Source: a virus (Duplodnaviria > Heunggongvirae > Uroviricota > Caudoviricetes). From it: a stretch of DNA of 8,702 nucleotides. Below are positions 1 through 7,450 of the stretch, in pieces. Both the position numbers and the translations under genes were made by a program. Numbering within the stretch: position 1 is the stretch's first letter; every line of letters starts with the position of its first letter. Where the stretch lies: IMG/VR virus record IMGVR_UViG_2648501318_000014. One strand, given 5' to 3'. Below the pieces are notes generated by a model. It saw only the letters and a list, made by a program, of their open reading frames with translations, made no database searches and was not told where the DNA came from.

Positions 1-150
1 CTCAACGGCATCGTCAAAATTATCAAAGCGCAGAGCTTCTGCGTCTTCTTCGTCAAAGAAGTCATCGTCGTGAAGCTTCACGACATAGCGGGGAAGTTTG
101 CTTCTTTGAGGGGCAGGTTTTCGTTTACGGGGTTTAGCTGAACGGGCCAT
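1..150 (-). CDS. Hypothetical protein, N-terminal 50 codons only (gene runs off the window's left edge); divergent from the tail operon
   Basis: ATG at 150-148 on the minus strand with an SD-like AGGT about 6 nt upstream; frame stays open to position 1. Translation MARSAKPRKRKPAPQRSKLPRYVVKLHDDDFFDEEDAEALRFDNFDDAVE has a basic then acidic composition typical of a real protein. The complementary + frame is also open to 138, so strand choice is uncertain. Confidence 0.4.
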   Translation of the reverse strand, partial: MARSAKPRKRKPAPQRSKLPRYVVKLHDDDFFDEEDAEALRFDNFDDAVE

Positions 151-168
151 ATAACTACCTGAAAGACA

Positions 169-1041
169 ATGACATTATCTTTTTTTATAACGGTAATTCC
201 AGACCATGACAAGCCGCAGCCGCCAGGCTGCCTACTCGGTGTTAAACCGCGCATTCTCGGCGTGCCGGGGCACGATAATAAAGCCGTTGCTACTGAGTTG
301 CTGGGCGTGGCGCAAAGCCTGCGTGGGTTTGCTTACCTGTCAGCGTATGGCTGCAAGACGGTGCAGGAGGCGATCACTTACCGTGAAAACTTCAGTCAGC
401 GTGAAGGGATGCTGATCTGGCCTGACTTTACTGGCTGGGACACGGTGCTGAATGCCGACGCAACGGCATATGCCACCGCCCGTGCGCTTGGTCTGCGTGC
501 CAAAATTGATGAGCAGACAGGGTGGCACAAAAGCCTGTCCAACGTGGGCGTGAACGGTGTCACCGGAATTTCTGCTGATGTGTTCTGGGATCTGCAGGAC
601 CCGGCAACTGATGCGGGACTGCTTAACCAGAACGATGTTACCACACTTATCCGCAAAGACGGCTTTCGCTTCTGGGGTTCCCGCTGCCTGAGTGATGACC
701 CACTCTTTGCCTTCGAAAACTACACCCGCACGGCGCAGGTGCTGATGGACACGATGGCAGAAGCGCCAATGTGGGCGGTCGACAAACCGCTGAATCCGTC
801 GCTGGCCCGCGACATTATCGAAGGTATCCGCGCCAAAATGCGCAGCCTGATCAGTCAGGGCTATCTCATTGGTGGCGATTGCTGGCTGGATGAGTCGGTG
901 AACGACAAAGACACTCTGAAAGCTGGAAAACTCACCATCGACTACGACTACACACCAGTGCCGCCACTTGAAAACCTGATGCTGCGTCAGCGCATCACCG
1001 ATCAGTACCTGGTGAATTTCTCCAGCCAGGTCAGCGCGTAA
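169..1041 (+). CDS. FI: Phage contractile tail sheath protein (P2 FI family), apparently 5'-truncated: only the C-terminal ~268 residues are FI-like
   Basis: From [11 protein letters not shown] (about nt 232) to the stop, the translation follows my recollection of P2 FI closely ([70 protein letters not shown]). The in-frame stop TGA at 160-162 and a non-FI leader ([23 protein letters not shown]) show the first ~128 residues of a 396-aa FI are not encoded here. Confidence 0.8.
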   Translation: MTLSFFITVIPDHDKPQPPGCLLGVKPRILGVPGHDNKAVATELLGVAQSLRGFAYLSAYGCKTVQEAITYRENFSQREGMLIWPDFTGWDTVLNADATAYATARALGLRAKIDEQTGWHKSLSNVGVNGVTGISADVFWDLQDPATDAGLLNQNDVTTLIRKDGFRFWGSRCLSDDPLFAFENYTRTAQVLMDTMAEAPMWAVDKPLNPSLARDIIEGIRAKMRSLISQGYLIGGDCWLDESVNDKDTLKAGKLTIDYDYTPVPPLENLMLRQRITDQYLVNFSSQVSA

Positions 1042-1050
1042 GGGGACAAC

Positions 1051-1566
1051 ATGGCTTTACCACGCAAATTAAAACACCTGAACCTGTTTAACGACGGGAA
1101 CAACTGGCAGGGGATCGTTGAGTCGCTGACGCTGCCGAAATTCACCCGCAAATATGAGAAGTATCGCGGTGGCGGAATGCCGGGTGCAGTGGATGTGGAT
1201 CTGGGGCTGGATGATAGTGCGCTGGACACAGAATTTTCCATTGGTGGTACTGAACTGCTGCTGTTTAAGCAGATGGGCAAAGCCACGGTGGATGGTATCC
1301 AGTTGCGCTTTACCGGCTCTATTCAGCGTGACGATACCGGGGAAGTGCAGGCCGTGGAGCTTGTGGTGCGTGGACGTCACAAAGAAGTGGATTCCGGCGA
1401 GTGGAAGACGGGCGAAAGCAACACCACCAAAGTGACCAGTACCAACAGCTACGCGAAGCTGACTATCAATGGTGAGGTGCTCTATGAAGTGGACCTTATC
1501 AACATGGTGGAAATTGTGGACGGCGTGGACCTGATGGAAGCGCACCGCAACGCCCTCGGCCTCTGA
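1051..1566 (+). CDS. FII: Phage tail tube protein (P2 FII family)
   Basis: 171-aa ORF starting 10 nt after the FI stop; N-terminus MALPRKLKHLNLFNDGNNWQGIVESLTLPK and length match P2 FII as I recall it; order FI-FII-E-T-U-D is conserved. Confidence 0.9.
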   Translation: MALPRKLKHLNLFNDGNNWQGIVESLTLPKFTRKYEKYRGGGMPGAVDVDLGLDDSALDTEFSIGGTELLLFKQMGKATVDGIQLRFTGSIQRDDTGEVQAVELVVRGRHKEVDSGEWKTGESNTTKVTSTNSYAKLTINGEVLYEVDLINMVEIVDGVDLMEAHRNALGL

Positions 1567-1577
1567 TGTATCTGAAC

Positions 1578-1595
1578 GGCGCGGGATTCCGCGCC
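1578..1595 (+). other. GC-rich stem-loop in the FII-E intergenic region (7-bp stem ggcgcgg/ccgcgcc, 4-nt loop), no U-tract; possible attenuator or RNA-stability element
   Basis: Perfect inverted repeat read directly in the sequence; not followed by a T-run, so not a classic intrinsic terminator. Confidence 0.25.
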
Positions 1596-1620
1596 AGAAC
1601 CCAATTTACAGGACAGAAAA

Positions 1621-1923
1621 ATGAGCGATAAGCAGACTGAAAAGACCATTCAACTGGATACCCCTATCAAGCGCGGTAAAACGGAAATCACCGAAATTGT
1701 GCTGCGTAAACCGCAGTCCGGTGCACTGCGCGGTACACGCCTGCAGGCTATTATGGATATGGATGTGAACGCGATGATGACCGTGATCCCCCGCATCTCC
1801 AGCCCGGCACTGACTGCACAGGAAATTGCAGAGATGGACCCGGCAGATCTCACCGCTATGTCGGTTGAGGTTGTCACTTTTTTGTTGAAGAAGTCGGTAC
1901 TTGCCGGTTTACCGACAGCCTGA
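1621..1923 (+). CDS. E: Tail assembly chaperone E (P2 gpE family)
   Basis: 100-aa ORF immediately upstream of the tape measure gene; contains the canonical slippery heptamer near its 3' end; position and size fit gpE. Confidence 0.85.
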   Translation: MSDKQTEKTIQLDTPIKRGKTEITEIVLRKPQSGALRGTRLQAIMDMDVNAMMTVIPRISSPALTAQEIAEMDPADLTAMSVEVVTFLLKKSVLAGLPTA

Positions 1924-2057
1924 CGGTTGACGATCTGGTGGCTGATATCGCCACCATCTTTCACTGGCCGCCATCCGTTACTGACGTTATGCCGCTGACC
2001 GAAGTGCTGGAATGGCGGTATAAAGCGATTCAGAGAAGCGGGGCCAACGATGAGTGA
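1621..2057 (+). CDS. E+E': Tail assembly chaperone E+E', made by programmed -1 ribosomal frameshift at 1878-1884 (join 1621..1884, 1884..2057; about 145 aa)
   Basis: T TTT TTG sits in the X XXY YYZ register of the E frame; the -1 frame is open from 1884 to TGA at 2055-2057 and overlaps the T start, as in the P2 E/E' and lambda G/GT paradigm. Predicted extension: VEEVGTCRFTDSLTVDDLVADIATIFHWPPSVTDVMPLTEVLEWRYKAIQRSGANDE. Confidence 0.7.
1878..1884 (+). promoter_or_regulatory. -1 programmed frameshift slippery heptamer TTTTTTG
   Basis: Heptamer is in the correct register relative to E codons act|ttt|ttg. Confidence 0.7.
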
Positions 2058-5000
2058 TAATAACCTGCGCCTGCAGGTCATTCTTAATGCGGTTGACAAA
2101 CTCACCCGCCCATTCCGTGCTGCACAGGCCAGTTCGAAAGAGCTGGCTGGCGCAATTCAGAATACCCGAAACAGCCTCAAAGAACTGAATAAGCAGGCTG
2201 GCAGAATTGATGAATTTCGCAAGACGCGCTCGCAACTAGCCATAACAGCCAACAACCTGAACGCAGCCCGCGAAGAGGCGGCAAAACTCGCCACACAATT
2301 TGCTGCCACTAACAGGCCAACCGCCGCGCAGGCAAAGTTATTCAGTCAGGCCAAAACACGAGTACAGGAACTTCAGCAGACCTATAACGGCTTGTTGGGG
2401 GCGGTCCAGAGACAACGTCAGGCACTTAAAGAATCAGGGATTGATACCAGACAACTCAGTAGTGCCCAGCGAGAACTTAAGAAAAATGCTGAAGAAACAA
2501 GGCAGGCACTGGAGGGCCAGCAAAAAGCACTTAAACGTCTGGGTGAACAACAGGCACGGATGAACGCTGCCAGAGAACAATACTCAAGACGGCTTGAAGT
2601 GCGCGATCGCATCGCAGGAGCCGGAGCCACTACCACGGCTGCAGGGCTGGCAATGGGGGCGCCAGTGATGGCGGCAGTAAAAAGCTATACCAGCATGGAA
2701 GATGCCATGAAAGGTGTGGCAAAGCAGGTCAATGGTCTGCGTGACGATAATGGCAACCGCACTGCACGTTTTTATGAAATGCAGGATGCCATCAAGGCTG
2801 CCAGCGAACAGTTGCCGATGGAAAACGGTGCGGTGGACTTCGCTGCACTGGTTGAAGGTGGTGCGCGCATGAACGTCGCAAACCCTGACGACAGCTGGGA
2901 AGACCAGAAACGTGACCTGCTGGCCTTCGCCAGTACGGCAGCAAAGGCGGCAACAGCCTTTGAGCTGCCAGCGGATGAACTGTCAGAAAGTCTGGGGAAA
3001 ATCGCCCAGCTCTACAAAATACCAACCCGCAATATTGAACAGCTCGGCGATGCGCTGAACTATCTGGATGATAACGCCATGTCGAAAGGGGCGGACATCA
3101 TTGATGTGATGCAACGTCTGGGCGGTGTGGCTGACCGTCTGGATTATCGTAAAGCGGCGGTGCTGGGTTCCACCTTCCTGACACTGGGCGCTGCGCCGGA
3201 GGTTGCAGCCAGTGCAGCAAACGCGATGGTGCGTGAATTGTCCATTGCCACCATGCAGAGCAAGAGTTTCTTTGAAGGGATGAATCTGCTGAAACTCAAT
3301 CCTGAAGTGATTGAAAAGCAGATGACGAAGGATGCGATGGGAACTATCCAGCGTGTGCTGGAGAAGGTGAACGCACTGCCGCAGGACAAGCGTCTGTCTG
3401 CCATGACCATGTTGTTTGGTAAAGAGTTTGGCGATGACGCGGCGAAACTGGCAAACAACCTGCCGGAACTGCAGCGTCAGTTAAAACTGACAGCGGGCAA
3501 TGATGCGCTCGGCTCCATGCAGAAAGAATCCGACATCAATAAGGACTCACTTTCTGCTCAGTGGTTACTGGTCAAAACCGGAGCGCAGAACACCTTCAGC
3601 AGCCTGGGCGAAACGCTGCGCCAGCCGCTGATGGATATTCTGTACACGGTGAAAAGCATCACGGGGGCGTTGCGCCGCTGGGTGGAAGCTAACCCGGAAC
3701 TGACAGGCACACTGATGAAAGTAGCGGCTGTTGTGGCTGCGGTTACCGTAGGCCTCGGCACCTTAGTGGTGGCGCTGGCTGCAGTGCTGGGGCCGCTGGC
3801 AGTCATCCGTCTGGGATTCTCTGTGCTGGGTATCAAAACGTTACCTTCCGTTACGGCAGCAGTAACACGAACCAGCAGCGCGTTGTCCTGGTTAGCTGGC
3901 GCTCCACTGGCACTGCTGCGACGCGGGCTTGCTTCATCGGGCAACGCAGCGGGTTTACTTACTGCGCCGTTGTCGTCTTTGCGCCGCACGGCATCACTGA
4001 CGGGGAATGTCCTGAAAACTGTAGTAGGTGTGCCGGTTGCACTGTTGCGGTCTGGATTATCCGGTTTACGTGCTGTTGCTGTGATGTTTATGAATCCACT
4101 GGCAGCACTACGCGGTGGACTGGCTGCCGCAGGCGCGGTGCTGCGAGTACTGGCATCCGGTCCGCTGGCGATGCTGCGCGTTGCCCTGTATGCCATATCG
4201 GGTCTGTTAGGTGCTCTGCTCAGTCCGATAGGTCTTGTGGTTACTGCACTGGCGGGCGTGGCGCTGGTTGTCTGGAAATACTGGCAACCCATCACCGCAT
4301 TTCTCGCTGGTGTGGTGGAAGGATTCAAAGCGGCGGCAGGTCCCATCAGTGCAGCATTCGAACCACTTAAGCCTGTGTTTCAGTGGATTGGCGACAAAGT
4401 GCAGGCGTTGTGGGGCTGGTTTACTGATCTGCTGACGCCCGTTAAGTCGACCTCTGCCGAACTGCAGAGCGCAGCGGCAATGGGGCGACGATTCGGGGAG
4501 GCACTGGCGGAAGGGCTGAATATGGTCATGCATCCGCTGGACTCCCTGAAATCCGGCGTTTCCTGGTTGCTGGAGAAACTCGGCATTGTCAGTAAAGAGG
4601 CTGCAAAGGCGAAATTGCCGGAAAGAGTGACGCGTCAGCAACCTGCGACGGTGAATGCAGACGGTAAAGTGATGATGCCATCGGGTGGTTTTCCGTCATG
4701 GGGATATGGCTTTGCGGGGATGTATGACAGCGGCGGCTATATCCCGCGCGGGCAGTTTGGCATCGTCGGTGAAAACGGGCCGGAAATTGTTAACGGCCCG
4801 GCAAATGTGACCAGCCGGAGAAATACAGCTGCACTGGCTGCCGTTGTTGCCGGAATGATGGGCGTTGCTGCCGCGCCTGCAGAGCTTCCACCGTTGCATC
4901 CTTTGGCACTTCCCGCGAAAGGCGGCGAAGCGATGGTGAGTCGTGCAGCCACTGTGCCGCCCGTTCACCGGATTGAGGCACCGACGCAGATCATCATTCA

Positions 5001-5127
5001 GACGCAGCCAGGACAAAGTGCGCAGGATATTGCGCGGGAGGTGGCACGCCAGCTTGATGAACGTGAACGCAGGCTGAAGGCAAAAGCCAGGAGTAACTAC
5101 AGCGATCAGGGGGGATACGACGCATGA
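2050..5127 (+). CDS. T: Tail tape measure protein (P2 gpT family), 1025 aa
   Basis: Long ORF after E/E'; coiled-coil-like Q/A/K/R-rich N-terminal half, long Ala/Leu/Gly-rich hydrophobic central region, Gly-rich C-terminal part (GENGPEIVNGP); position matches tape measure. Confidence 0.9.
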   Translation: MSDNNLRLQVILNAVDKLTRPFRAAQASSKELAGAIQNTRNSLKELNKQAGRIDEFRKTRSQLAITANNLNAAREEAAKLATQFAATNRPTAAQAKLFSQAKTRVQELQQTYNGLLGAVQRQRQALKESGIDTRQLSSAQRELKKNAEETRQALEGQQKALKRLGEQQARMNAAREQYSRRLEVRDRIAGAGATTTAAGLAMGAPVMAAVKSYTSMEDAMKGVAKQVNGLRDDNGNRTARFYEMQDAIKAASEQLPMENGAVDFAALVEGGARMNVANPDDSWEDQKRDLLAFASTAAKAATAFELPADELSESLGKIAQLYKIPTRNIEQLGDALNYLDDNAMSKGADIIDVMQRLGGVADRLDYRKAAVLGSTFLTLGAAPEVAASAANAMVRELSIATMQSKSFFEGMNLLKLNPEVIEKQMTKDAMGTIQRVLEKVNALPQDKRLSAMTMLFGKEFGDDAAKLANNLPELQRQLKLTAGNDALGSMQKESDINKDSLSAQWLLVKTGAQNTFSSLGETLRQPLMDILYTVKSITGALRRWVEANPELTGTLMKVAAVVAAVTVGLGTLVVALAAVLGPLAVIRLGFSVLGIKTLPSVTAAVTRTSSALSWLAGAPLALLRRGLASSGNAAGLLTAPLSSLRRTASLTGNVLKTVVGVPVALLRSGLSGLRAVAVMFMNPLAALRGGLAAAGAVLRVLASGPLAMLRVALYAISGLLGALLSPIGLVVTALAGVALVVWKYWQPITAFLAGVVEGFKAAAGPISAAFEPLKPVFQWIGDKVQALWGWFTDLLTPVKSTSAELQSAAAMGRRFGEALAEGLNMVMHPLDSLKSGVSWLLEKLGIVSKEAAKAKLPERVTRQQPATVNADGKVMMPSGGFPSWGYGFAGMYDSGGYIPRGQFGIVGENGPEIVNGPANVTSRRNTAALAAVVAGMMGVAAAPAELPPLHPLALPAKGGEAMVSRAATVPPVHRIEAPTQIIIQTQPGQSAQDIAREVARQLDERERRLKAKARSNYSDQGGYDA
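3901..4221 (+). repeat. Five degenerate in-frame tandem repeats (period 63-66 nt) inside the tape measure gene, consensus about P-L-A-x-L-R-x-G-L
   Basis: Repeats APLALLRRGL / APLSSLRRTASL / VPVALLRSGL / NPLAALRGGL / GPLAMLRVAL; the proline codons fall at 3904, 3967, 4033, 4096 and 4162. Confidence 0.5.
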
Positions 5128-5609
5128 TGATGGTGCTGGGATTGTACGTGTTTATGCTGCGCACCGTTCCGTATCAGGAACTGCAGTATCAACGCAGCTG
5201 GCGACATGCGGCAAACAGCCGGGTAAACCGTCGTCCGTCCACGCAGTTTCTGGGACCGGACAACGACATGCTGACGCTTTCTGGTGTTCTTATGCCGGAG
5301 ATAACGGGCGGCAGGCTGTCGTTGCTGGCTCTGGAGCAGATGGCAGAACAGGGAAAAGCATGGCCCCTGATTGAAGGCAGCGGCACGATTTACGGCATGT
5401 ATGTGATTGAGGGACTGAATCTGACTAAAACGGAGTTTTTCCGCGACGGTATGCCGCGCCGGATTGAGTTCACCCTGTCGCTCAAACGGGTGGATGAATC
5501 CCTGTCCGATATGTTCGGTGATCTCAGTACGCAGCTGAATAATCTGCAGGACACGGCAACATCTGCCTTAAGTGATATCAGTAAAACGGTGGGAGGGCTG
5601 CTGTCGTGA
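5124..5609 (+). CDS. U: Tail protein U (P2 gpU family)
   Basis: 161-aa ORF whose ATG overlaps the T stop (ATGA at 5124-5127); size and position match gpU. Confidence 0.85.
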   Translation: MMMVLGLYVFMLRTVPYQELQYQRSWRHAANSRVNRRPSTQFLGPDNDMLTLSGVLMPEITGGRLSLLALEQMAEQGKAWPLIEGSGTIYGMYVIEGLNLTKTEFFRDGMPRRIEFTLSLKRVDESLSDMFGDLSTQLNNLQDTATSALSDISKTVGGLLS

Positions 5610-6706
5610 ATTTCAGCTCTGAACTGCTTAACAAAGGCAACAAAACTCCCGCATTCAGCATCAGTATTGAGGGCAGGGATATCAACACTGTGCTGGATAA
5701 CCGCCTGATGAGTTTGACTCTGACGGACAATCGGGGCTTTGAAGCGGACCAGCTTGATCTGGAGCTGGACGACGCCGACGGAAAAATCGTGCTGCCGCGC
5801 CGTGGTGCGGTCATTACGCTGGCGCTGGGCTGGAAGGGGCAGCCGCTTTTCCCTAAAGGGGCATTCACGGTGGACGAGATTGAACACACTGGCGCACCGG
5901 ACCGCCTGACTATCCGGGCGCGAAGTGCTGATTTTCGTGAAACGCTGAATACCCGCCGTGAAAAGTCGTGGCACAAGACCACCGTTGGGGAAGTGGTGAA
6001 GGAAATAGCCTCGCGGCATAAGCTGAAGATGGCACTGGGTAAAGACCTGTCGGATAAGCCCGTGGAACATATAGACCAGACCAATGAGAGTGACGGCAGT
6101 TTTCTGATGCGGCTGGCGCGCCAGTACGGTGCTATTGCGTCGGTGAAAAATGGCAATCTGTTATTCATCCGGCAGGGACAGGGTAAAAGCGCCAGCGGTA
6201 AACCACTGCCGGTGATCACTATCACACGCAAGGACGGCGACAGTCACCGCTTTACCCTGGCAGATCGCGGAGCCTACACGGGCGTAATTGCCAGCTGGTT
6301 GCATACCCGCGAACCCGCGAAGAAAGAAAGCACTACGGTGAAGCGTAAGCGCAGAACGAAGAATCAGAAGAAAGAGCCGGAAGCGAAGCAGGGCGATTAC
6401 CTGGTGGGTACGGATGAAAACGTGCTGGTACTCAATCGCACCTATGCCAATCGGAGTAACGCCGAACGGGCAGCGAAAATGCAGTGGGAACGCCTGCAAC
6501 GCGGCGTTGCGTCATTCTCGCTACAACTGGCGGAAGGGCGGGCAGATCTCTACACGGAAATGCCAGTGAAAGTCAGTGGCTTTAAACAGCCGATAGATGA
6601 TGCGGAATGGACCATTACGACTCTGACACATACCGTCAGCCCGGATAATGGTTTTACGACCAGTCTTGAGCTTGAAGTGAAGGTTGATGATCTCGAAATG
6701 GAATGA
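5606..6706 (+). CDS. D: Tail protein D (P2 gpD, late control D family)
   Basis: 366-aa ORF with GTG start overlapping the U stop (GTGA at 5606-5609); position immediately upstream of ogr as in P2. Confidence 0.85.
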   Translation: MNFSSELLNKGNKTPAFSISIEGRDINTVLDNRLMSLTLTDNRGFEADQLDLELDDADGKIVLPRRGAVITLALGWKGQPLFPKGAFTVDEIEHTGAPDRLTIRARSADFRETLNTRREKSWHKTTVGEVVKEIASRHKLKMALGKDLSDKPVEHIDQTNESDGSFLMRLARQYGAIASVKNGNLLFIRQGQGKSASGKPLPVITITRKDGDSHRFTLADRGAYTGVIASWLHTREPAKKESTTVKRKRRTKNQKKEPEAKQGDYLVGTDENVLVLNRTYANRSNAERAAKMQWERLQRGVASFSLQLAEGRADLYTEMPVKVSGFKQPIDDAEWTITTLTHTVSPDNGFTTSLELEVKVDDLEME

Positions 6707-6743
6707 TTCTTTACAATGGAGAACTTTTAAGTTTGAAAAATGG

Positions 6744-6763
6744 AATAATGCGATATCATTATT
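6744..6763. promoter_or_regulatory. Dyad-symmetric element aataatgcgatatcattatt upstream of ogr; possible operator or promoter-associated site
   Basis: 7-nt arms aataatg / cattatt around a GATATC core, about 35-50 nt upstream of the ogr start; function not established. Confidence 0.2.
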
Positions 6764-6796
6764 GTGAATTTAGCAAAAATGGGGAGAACTCGAAAA

Positions 6797-7015
6797 ATGA
6801 TGATTTGCCCACTGTGTGGAAGTGCCGCCCATACTCGCAGCAGTTTTCAGGTATCTTCATTGACCAAAGAGCGTTACAACCAGTGCCAGAACATTAACTG
6901 CAGCCATACTTTTGTTACCCATGAAACTTTTGTTCGTTCGATTGCAACGCCAAAAGAGTCAAATCCGGTTCAGCCGCATCCTCATAAATTTAAACAGGTG
7001 GGTTTGCCGATTTAA
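6797..7015 (+). CDS. ogr: Ogr/Delta-type C4 zinc-finger late transcription activator, 72 aa
   Basis: MMICPLCGSAAHTRSS...KERYNQCQNINCSHTF matches the CxxC...CxxxxC Ogr zinc finger; SD GGGGAG about 10 nt upstream of the ATG at 6797; 72 aa as in P2 Ogr. The ORF-track start at 6764 adds a non-homologous extension and is less likely. Confidence 0.85.
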   Translation: MMICPLCGSAAHTRSSFQVSSLTKERYNQCQNINCSHTFVTHETFVRSIATPKESNPVQPHPHKFKQVGLPI

Positions 7016-7078
7016 ATGGCGACATAACTACATGATTTAAAACTATACTTTTCTATAAGTTGAGGTTAAATTAACAAT

Positions 7079-7256
7079 GCCTGACGTTAGCGGGGATTTA
7101 TCCCCACTCCGTAGATATGTAGTTTGTCGCTTTGCGACTGCGGACCGATTACCTGATTGCCATGTAATCGGACGCCGACTTGTTAAGCTTTCTGGGCTAA
7201 CTGGTTGTTATTTTTTATTTAGTTAGGGCCATGCGCTTGCGCTAAGAGACGTCAGG
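7079..7256 (+). ncRNA. Candidate structured noncoding RNA upstream of the RT operon (retron msr/msd-like), bounded by an imperfect inverted repeat
   Basis: Left arm gcctgacgttagcg (7079-7092) pairs with right arm cgctaa-gaga-cgtcagg (7240-7256): 13 bp with a 4-nt bulge. TTAGCG followed by a G-run sits just inside the left arm. Internal hairpins at 7092-7105, 7126-7138 and 7145-7171. No ORF. An AT-rich promoter-like stretch lies upstream and an SD follows the right arm. Confidence 0.3.
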
Positions 7257-7276
7257 TATCTATGGAGGAACAAGTT

Positions 7277-7450
7277 ATGGATACAAACGAACTTGGCTTA
7301 GTTAAGGCGCGTGTTGAACTGATCACCGCTATGCTCAAATGCGCAACCGCGTTTGTTGGCTTAGTTGGTGCGGTTTACGCCGTTCTTAACATGGCCTTCA
7401 ACTACAGCAATTTAACTCATGACAATAGAAGTTCAAAGGTGGGAAGATAA
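7277..7450 (+). CDS. Small hypothetical membrane protein (57 aa, one predicted TM helix); candidate effector or partner of the RT
   Basis: SD GGAGG at 7264-7268, 8 nt before the ATG at 7277; product MDTNELGLVKARVELITAMLKCATAFVGLVGAVYAVLNMAFNYSNLTHDNRSSKVGR has a ~25-residue hydrophobic core; its 3' end overlaps the RT start by 32 nt. Confidence 0.4.
   Translation: MDTNELGLVKARVELITAMLKCATAFVGLVGAVYAVLNMAFNYSNLTHDNRSSKVGR

Noticed and set aside
1069-1545. 158-aa minus-strand ORF antisense to FII
   Set aside because: Lies entirely within the tail tube gene on the opposite strand; His-rich translation is atypical; shadow ORF.
1650-2235. Minus-strand ORFs (151 and 82 aa) across the E/T junction
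   Set aside because: Antisense to the E, E' and T start region, which is already explained by the frameshift arrangement.
3558-4346. 262-aa minus-strand ORF (and the 4207-4641 and 4696-5016 minus ORFs) inside the tape measure gene
   Set aside because: Fully antisense to a well-supported long gene in a GC-rich region where antisense frames stay open by chance; low-complexity A/P/S/T-rich translation; no start context.
5390-6231. Two overlapping minus-strand ORFs (226 and 217 aa) antisense to U and D
   Set aside because: Antisense shadows of the D and U coding sequences; compositionally odd (R/S/P-rich); no independent support.
6764-6796. Longer Ogr start at 6764 (83 aa) given by the ORF track
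   Set aside because: Zinc-finger homology begins at MMICPLCG, and a good SD precedes the ATG at 6797, giving exactly the 72-aa length I recall for P2 Ogr; the 11-codon extension has no SD and no homology.
6703-6897. 64-aa + strand ORF overlapping the D-ogr spacer and the ogr 5' region
   Set aside because: Out of frame with ogr and overlaps its promoter and RBS region; no homology or start context; likely chance ORF in an AT-rich spacer.
7026-7124. 8-bp inverted repeat aactacat / atgtagtt spanning the left arm of the candidate ncRNA
   Set aside because: Short enough to arise by chance in AT-rich DNA; noted only as a possible alternative pairing and not used as evidence.
7262-7276. ATG at 7262 as the start of the small TM ORF
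   Set aside because: The GGAGG SD (7264-7268) would lie inside the ORF; the in-frame ATG at 7277 is correctly spaced from it.
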